From the NCBI RefSeq assembly GCF_009914755.1, contig NC_060925.1: a stretch of 64,000 nucleotides of DNA. One strand, written 5' to 3'. The position numbers and the translations under genes are program-made. The notes beneath the pieces are model-generated. The model saw nothing but the letters and a program-made list of their open reading frames with translations. It was not told the DNA's origin and ran no database searches. This document shows, piece by piece, positions 56,851 to 64,000 of this stretch (its first letter is position 1; the number at the start of each line of letters is the position of its first letter). This DNA is from the human T2T-CHM13v2.0 reference genome, Homo sapiens.

Positions 56851-59800
56851 CTAGTGACGAATTCTTTCAGTTTTTAAAATCTGGGAATATCTTAATTTCT
56901 CCACTTTTGAAGGATGTTGAATTCTTGGTTGGCAGTCTTTCTTTCAGAACTTTGACTATGGCATCCTACTGCTTTTTGGCCCCCATGGTTCCTTATAAGA
57001 AATCAGCTGTTCATCTAATTGAGAATCCCTTATACATGATCAGTCATTTATCTCTTGCTGCTTTCAAGATCCTGTCTTTGTCTCAGCTTTTAGCAATTTA
57101 ATTATGATCTGTCTAGGTGTGAATCATTTTTAGCTTATCCTACTTGGAAGGACAAGCTATTTATCCTGTTTTTGTTTTGTTTTTAGCATCTGGGATGTGT
57201 ACATTAAAGTTTTTGTCAAATTTGGGAAGTTTTCAGCCATTATTTTTTCATATATTCTTTCTGTTCTTTTTTCTCCTCTCCTTCTGAAACTCTCATTATT
57301 TGTATTTTGGGATGCTTGATGGTGTCTCACAGGTCTCTGAGGCTCTGTTCATATTCTTTATTCTTTTTTTCTTTGTTTTCCTCAGACTGGATAGTCTCAA
57401 TTGACCTCTTAAAGCACAGCAATTCTGTCTTCTGCCTGCCCATATATGTTGTTGAACTACTCTAGTGATTTTTAAATTTCAATTATTGTATTTTTCTTCT
57501 TAAAAAATTTCTGACTTTTAAGTTCAGGGGTACATGTGCAGGATGTGCAAGTTTGTTACATAGGTACATATGTGCCATGGTGGTTTGCTGCACAGATCAT
57601 CCCATTGCCCAGGCATTAAGCTCAACATTCACTTGCTATTCTTCCTGATGCTCTCCCTCCTCCCATCCCACATCCTCTGACAGGCCCCAGTGTGTGTTGT
57701 TCCACATCCATGAGTCCATGTTTTCTCATCATTCAGCTCCCACTGAAAAGTGAGAACATGTGGTATTTGGGTTTCTGTTCCTGCATTAGTTTGCTAAGGA
57801 TAATGGGCTTCAACTCCAACCATGTCCCTGCAAAGGACATGATCTCATTCCTTTTTATGGCTGCATAGTTTCCATGGTGTATATGTACCACGTTTTTTTT
57901 TCATCGAGCATATCACTGCTGCCCATTTAGGTTGATTCCATGTCTTTGCTATTGTGAATAGTGCTGCAGTGAACATACATGTCCATGTATCTTTATAATA
58001 GGACAATTTATAGTCCTTTAGATATATACCCAGTAATGAGATTGCTGAGTCAAATGGTATTTCTGGCTCTAGGTCTTTGCAGAATTGTCACACTGTCTTC
58101 CACAATGGTTGAACTGATTTACATTCCCACTAACAGTGTAAAAATGTTCCTTTTTCTCCACATATTGCCAGCATCTGTTGCTTTTTGACTTTTTAATAAT
58201 ATCCATTCTGACTGGTGTGAGATGATATCTCATTGTGGTTTTGATTTGCATTTCTCTAATGATCAGTGATGAGCTTTTTTTCATATGTTTGTTGGCTGCA
58301 TGTGTGCCTTCTTTTGAAAAGTGTTCATGTCCTTTGCCCACTTTTTAATGGGGTTGTTTTTGTCTTATAAATTTGTTTAAATTCTTTATAGATGGTGAAT
58401 ATTTGACCTTTGCCAGGTAGACAGATTGTAAAATTTTTCTCCCACTCTGTATGTTATCTGTTTATTCTGTTGATAGTTTCTTTTGCTGTGCAGAAGTTCT
58501 TTAGTTTAAACAGATTCCATTTGTCAATTATTGCTTTTGTTGCAATTGCTTTTGGTGTCTTTGTCATGAAATCTTTGTCTGTGCCCATGTCCTGAATGGT
58601 ATTGCCTAGGTTTTCTTCTAGGGTTTTTATAGTTTTGGGTTTTGTATTTAAGTCTTTAGTCCATTCTGAGTTGATTTTTGTATATGGTGTAAGAGAGGTA
58701 TCCAGTTTCAATTTTCTGCATATAGTCAAGTAGTTCTCCCAGCACCATTTATTAAATAGGGAGTCCTTTCTCCATTGCTTGTTTTTTTCAGGTTTGTCAA
58801 AGATCGGATGGTTGTAGGTGTGCAGTCTTATTTCTGGGTTCTCTGTTCTGTTCCATTGGTCTATGTGTCTGTTTTTATACTGGTATCTGCTGTTTTGGTT
58901 ACTGTAGCCTTGTAGTATAGTTTGAAGTCAGGTAACAGGCTTTGTTCTTTTGCTTAGGATTGCCTTGGCTATTTGGGCCCTTTTTTGGCTCCATATAAAT
59001 TTTTAAATAGTTTTTTCTAATTCTGTGAGGAATGTGAAATGGTAGTTTAATGGGAATAGCACTGAATTTATAAATTGCTTTGGGCAGTATTGTCATTTTC
59101 ACGATATTGATTCTTCCTATCCATGGGCATGGAATGTTTTTCCATTTATTTGTGTCATCTCTGATTTCTTTGAGCAGTGGTTTGTAGTTCTCCTTGAAGA
59201 AGTCCTTCATTTCCCTTGTTGGCTGTATTCCTAGTTATTTTATTCTTTTTGTGGCAATTGTGAATGGCAGTTCATTCGTGATTTGGCTCTTGGCATATAA
59301 GAATGCTAGCAATTTTTGCACATTGATTTTGTATTCTGAGATTTTGCTGAAGTTGCTTATCAGCTTAAGAAGCTTTTGGGCTGAGACGAGGGGTTTTTCT
59401 AGATATAGGATCATGCCATCTGCAAACAAAGATAGCTTAACTTCCTGTCTTATATAAAAACAGTTTATTTCTTTCTCTCGCCTAATTGCCCTGGCCAGAA
59501 ATTCCAGTACTTTGTTGAATAGGAGTGGTGAGAGAGGGCAAACTTACCTTGTGCTGGTTTTCAAGTGGAATGCTTCTGGCTTTTTTCCATTCAGCATGAT
59601 ATTGGCTGTGGGTTTTTCATATATGGCTGTTATTATTTTGACGTATGTTCCTTCAATACCTAATATGTTTTTAACATGAAGCGGTGTTGAATTTTATTGA
59701 AGGCCTTTTCTTCATCTATTGAGATGATCATGTGGTTTTTGTCTTAGTTCTGTTTATGTGATGAGTTACATTTATTGATTTGTGTATGTTGAACTAGCCT

Positions 59801-60371
59801 TGCATCCCAAGGATGAAGCCTACTTGGTTGTGGTGGATAAGCTTTTTGATGTGCTGTTGGATTTGGTTTGCCAGTATTTTGTTGAGGATTTTTGCATTGA
59901 TGTTCATCAAGGATATTGGCCAGAAGTTTTCTTTTTTTTCTTGTATCTCTGCCAGATTTTGGTATCAGGATGATGCTGGCCTCATAGCATGAGTTAGGGA
60001 GGAGTCTCTCCTTTTCAATTTTTTTGAATAGTTTCAGTAGGAATCGTACCAGCTCTTATCTGTGCCTCTGGTAGAATTCAGCTGTGAATTCATCTGGTCC
60101 TGGGCTTTCATTTATTGGTAGGCTATTTATTACTGCTTCAATTTTGGAACTCATTATTGGTCGGTTCAGGGGTTCAGTTTCTTCCTGGTTCAGTCTTGGG
60201 AGGGTGTATGTGTCCAGGAACTTATCCATTTCTTCTAGATTTTCTAGTTTCTGTGCATAGAGGTTTTTACAGTACTCTCTGATGGTTGTTTGTATTTCTG
60301 TGGGGTCAGTGCTAGTATTCCCCTTATCATTTCTGATTGTGTTTATTTGAATCTTCTCTCTTTTCTTCTTT

Positions 60372-60679
60372 GTTTTGTTTTTGTTTTTTTTTTTTTTTTG
60401 AGACGGAGTCTCTCTGTCGCCCAGGCTGGAGTGCAGTGGCATGCTCTCCGCTCACTGCAGGCTCCGCCCCCTGGGGTTCACTCCACTCTCCTGCCTCAAC
60501 CTCCTGAGTAGCTGGGACTACAGGCGCCTGCCACCTCGCCCGGCTAATTTTTTGTATTTTTAGTAGAGACAGGGTTTCACCATGTTAGCCAGGATGGTCT
60601 CGATCTCCTGACCTTGTGATCCGCCCGCCTCGGCCTCCCAAAGTTCTGGGATTACAGGTGTGAGCCACTGCGCCCGGCC
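60372..60679 (-). mobile_element. AluY inserted in L1 ORF2
   Basis: 16-bp TSD CTCTCTTTTCTTCTTT. Confidence 0.95.
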
Positions 60680-61113
60680 CTCTCTTTTCTTCTTTATTAG
60701 TCTAGCTAGTGGTCTATTTTATTAATTTTTTCAAAAAACCAGCTCCTGGATTCATTGATTTTTTTGAAGGGTTTTTCTTGTCTCTATCTCCTTCAGTTCA
60801 GCTCTGATCTTGGTTATTTCTTATCTTCTGCTAGCTTTGGGGTGTGTTTGCTCTTTGTTCTCTAGCTTTTTAACTGTGATGTTAGGTTGTTAATTTGAGA
60901 TCTTTCTAGCTTTTTTATGTGGGCATTTAGTGCTATAAATTTCCCTCTTAATGCTGCTTTAGCTGTGTCCCAAAGATTCTGGTACATTGTATCTTTGTTC
61001 TCATTCGTTTCAAAGAACTTGATTTCTGCCTTAATTTCATTATTTGCCCAAATGTCCCTCAGGAGCAGGTTGTTCAATTTTCATGTAGTTGTATGGTTTT
61101 GAGTGAATTTCTT

Positions 61114-61443
61114 TTTTTTTCTTTTTTTTTTTTTTTGAGATGGAGTTTTGCTCTTGTTGTCCAGGCTGGAGTGCATTGGCGCAATCTCGGCTCACCGCAA
61201 CCTCCTCCTCCCGGGTTCAAGCAATTCTCCTGCCTCAGCCTCTCCAAGTAGCTGGAATTATAGGCATGTGCCACCAAACCTAGCTAATTTTGTATTTTTA
61301 GTAGAGACGGGTTTCTCTATGTTGGACAGGCTGATCTTGAACTCCTGACCTCAGGTGATCCGCCCGCCTTGGACCTCAGGTGACCTGCCTGCCTTGGACT
61401 CCCAAAGTGCTGGGATTACAGATGTGAGCCACCACACCTGGCC
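61114..61443 (-). mobile_element. AluSp-like element inserted in L1 ORF2
   Basis: TSD GTGAATTTCTT and an internal 25-bp duplication. Confidence 0.93.
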
Positions 61444-64000
61444 TGTGAATTTCTTAATCTTGAGTTCTAATTTGATTGTGCTGTCATCTGAGAGACTGTT
61501 ATGATTTCAGTGCTTTTGCATTTGCTGAGGAGTATTTTACTTCTGATTACGTGATCAATTTTAGAATAAGTGCCATGTGGCGAGAAGGAGGATATATGTT
61601 CTGTTGTTTTTGGGTGGAGAGTTCTATAGATATCTATCAGGTCCACTTGATCGAGAGCTGAGTTCAGTTCCTGGATATCTTTGTCAATTTTCTGTCCTGA
61701 TGATACGTCTAATATTGTCAGTGGGGTGTTAAATTCTCTCACTATTATTTTGTGAGAGTCTAAGTCTCTTTGAAGATCTCTAAGAACTTGCTTTATGAAT
61801 CTGGGTGCACCTATTGGAGATATATGTATACACACACATATATGTATATATATTAGCCCTTCTTGTTGAATTGAACCTTTACCGTATGTAATGCCCTTCT
61901 TTGTCTTTTTTTATCTTTGTTGTTTTCAAGTCTGTTTTGTCAGAAATCAGAATTGCAATCCCTACTTTTTTTCTGTTTTCCATTTGCTTAGTAAATTTTC
62001 CTCCACTCCTTTATTTTGAGCCTGTATGTGTCTTTGCATGTGAGATGGGTCTCTTGAAAACAACATACCAATGAATCTTGGTTCTTTATCTGTGTCTTTT
62101 AATTAGGATATTTAGTCCATTTACATTTAAACTTAGTATTGTTATGTGTGGCTTTAATCCTGCCATCATAATGCTTTGCAGACTTGTTTATGTGATTGCT
62201 TCAGAGTGTCACTGGTCTGTATACTTCAGTGTGGTTTTGTAGGGGATGATAACAGTTTTTCCTTTTCATATTCAGTGCTTTCTTCAGGAGCTCTTGTAAG
62301 GCAGGTCTGATGGTAACAAATTCCTGCAGCATTTGCATGTCTGAAAAATATCTTATTTCTCCTTCACTTATGAAGCTTCATTTGGCTGGATACGAAATTC
62401 TGTGTTGGAAATTATTTTCTTTAAGAGTGTTGAATATTGCCCCCTAATCTCTTCTGGCTTGGAGGGTTTCTGCTGAGAGGTCCACTGTTAGTCTGATGGT
62501 CTTCCCTTTGTAGGTGACCTGGCCCTTCTCTCTGGCTGCCCTTAACATTTTTTATTTCATTTCAACCTTGGAGAATTTGATGGTTATGAGTCTTGGGGAT
62601 GATCTTCTTGTGGAGAATTTTACTGGGGTTCTCTGCATTTCCTGAATGTGAATGTTGGCCTGTCTTGCTAGGTTGGGAAAGGTCTCCTGGATGATATCCT
62701 GAAGTATGCTTTTCAAATTGATTCCATTCTCCCCATCTCTTTCAGATACCCTAGTCAGTCGTAGATTAGGTCTCTTTACATAATCCCATACTTCTCGGAG
62801 GTTTTCTTCATTCCTTTCATTTTTCTTTTTTATCTATTCTTGTCTGCTTGTCTTATTTCAGAAAGATAGTCTTTAAGCTCTGAGATTCTTTCCTCCACTT
62901 GGTCTGTTCTGCTATTAATACTTGTGACTGCATTGTTAAGTTTTTATAGTGTGTTTTTCAACTCCATCAGGTCAGTTATGTTTCTATCTATACTGGATAT
63001 TATGGCTCCTGCTGCTTCCTACAGACACATTCAGGCTGGCAACAGGTCAGCTCCTGCATTGTTTTATCATGATTCTTAGCTCCTTTGCATTGGGTTACAA
63101 CATGCTTCTTTAGCTCAGTGAAGTTCATTTTTATCCACATTCTGAAGCCTACTTCTGTCATTTCAGCCATACCAGCCTCAGCCCAATTCTGACCGCTTGC
63201 TGGAGAAGTGCTGCACTCATTTGGAGGAAAAGGGACACTCTGGCTTTTTGAGTTTTCAGCGTTTTTTTGTTGGTTCTTTCTCATCTTTGTGGGCTTATCT
63301 ACTTTCGATCTTTGGAGTTGCTGACCTTTGGATGGGGTTTTTGTGGGCCTTTTTGCTTTTGTTGTTTGTTTGTTTGTTTTTCTTTTAACAGTCTGGCCAC
63401 TCTTTCATAGGCTGCTGCAGTTTTCTGTGGGTCCATTCTGGACTCTAGTCACCTTGGTTTTTCCCTTACCTGGAGGTATCACCGGTGAAGGCTGTGAAAA
63501 AGCAAAGATGGCAGCCTGCCCCTTCCTCTGGAAGGTCCTCCATCCCAGAGGGTACTGACCTGTTGCCAGCCTGAATGTGCCTGTAGGAAGTGGCTAGAGA
63601 TCCCGGTCTTTCAGTCAGGAGGAATGGGATCAGAGATCTGCTTAAAGAAGCAGTTTGGCTGCTTTTTTGTAGAGCAGCTGTGCTGTGTTGGGGATCCCTT
63701 CAGCCCCCAGTTGCTTTAGGTTCTGCAATATCCTCAGGCTGGACCAGCTGAGATGCCCAAACAGCCAAGGTGTTGGCCTGCCCCACCACCCCAGGCTCCC
63801 CATCCCAGGGAGAAATTAGAACTCTGTCAGCCATAGAACATGGGCAGGGAAGGCCAAGTCCTCTGCTGGGGGGACCAACACCTTAGGAGAAGTGGATCAG
63901 GGTTCTGCTTGAAGAAGCAGTCTGACCGTGCCTCAACAAAACAGCCATGTTGTGCTGGGAAGCTGCCTCTGCTTCTGTAGACTTGGACTCTCCAAAGCCT

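Larger units (their letters stand above)
57500..64000 (-). mobile_element. Near full-length old primate L1 (L1PA8-16 class), running off the window end
   Basis: 3'UTR at ~57500, ORF2 remnants ([33 protein letters not shown]), ORF1 start MRKNQQKNAENSK at 63284, 5'UTR beyond. Many stops. Confidence 0.95.

Noticed and set aside
63630-63965. Repeated ctgcttaaagaagcagt motif
   Set aside because: Consistent with the internal repeats of old L1PA 5'UTRs.

Overview
Mammalian genomic DNA that I recognise as human 1p21, from the exact tissue factor and PMP70 peptides. The window holds the last exon and 3'UTR of ABCD3 (+ strand, ~1090-2700) converging on the complete six-exon F3/tissue factor gene (- strand, ~13357-25797). 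The F3 CDS is 888 nt (295 aa + stop) and every GT/AG junction can be read. F3 has a CpG-island promoter with TATA, Sp1/Egr-1 and AP-1/AP-1/NF-kB elements. The ~38 kb upstream of F3 is repeat-dense: an env-deleted HERV-H provirus with both LTR7s, a 5-bp TSD and a His PBS, a near full-length old L1PA, many Alus, MER/Tigger DNA transposons, MLT LTRs, L2 and MIR. Apart from F3 exon pieces and HERV-H/L1 remnants, the ORF track looks like noise. I see no convincing new biological system. The most notable structures are a 70-bp near-perfect palindrome ~2 kb upstream of F3, a ~90-nt orphan polyA/TSD retro-insertion, a precisely locatable 495-nt poison exon in F3 intron 1, asymmetric HERV-H LTRs pointing at F3, and an inverted Alu pair around the last F3 acceptor. 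Repeat subfamily names come from motif recognition, not from a database search.
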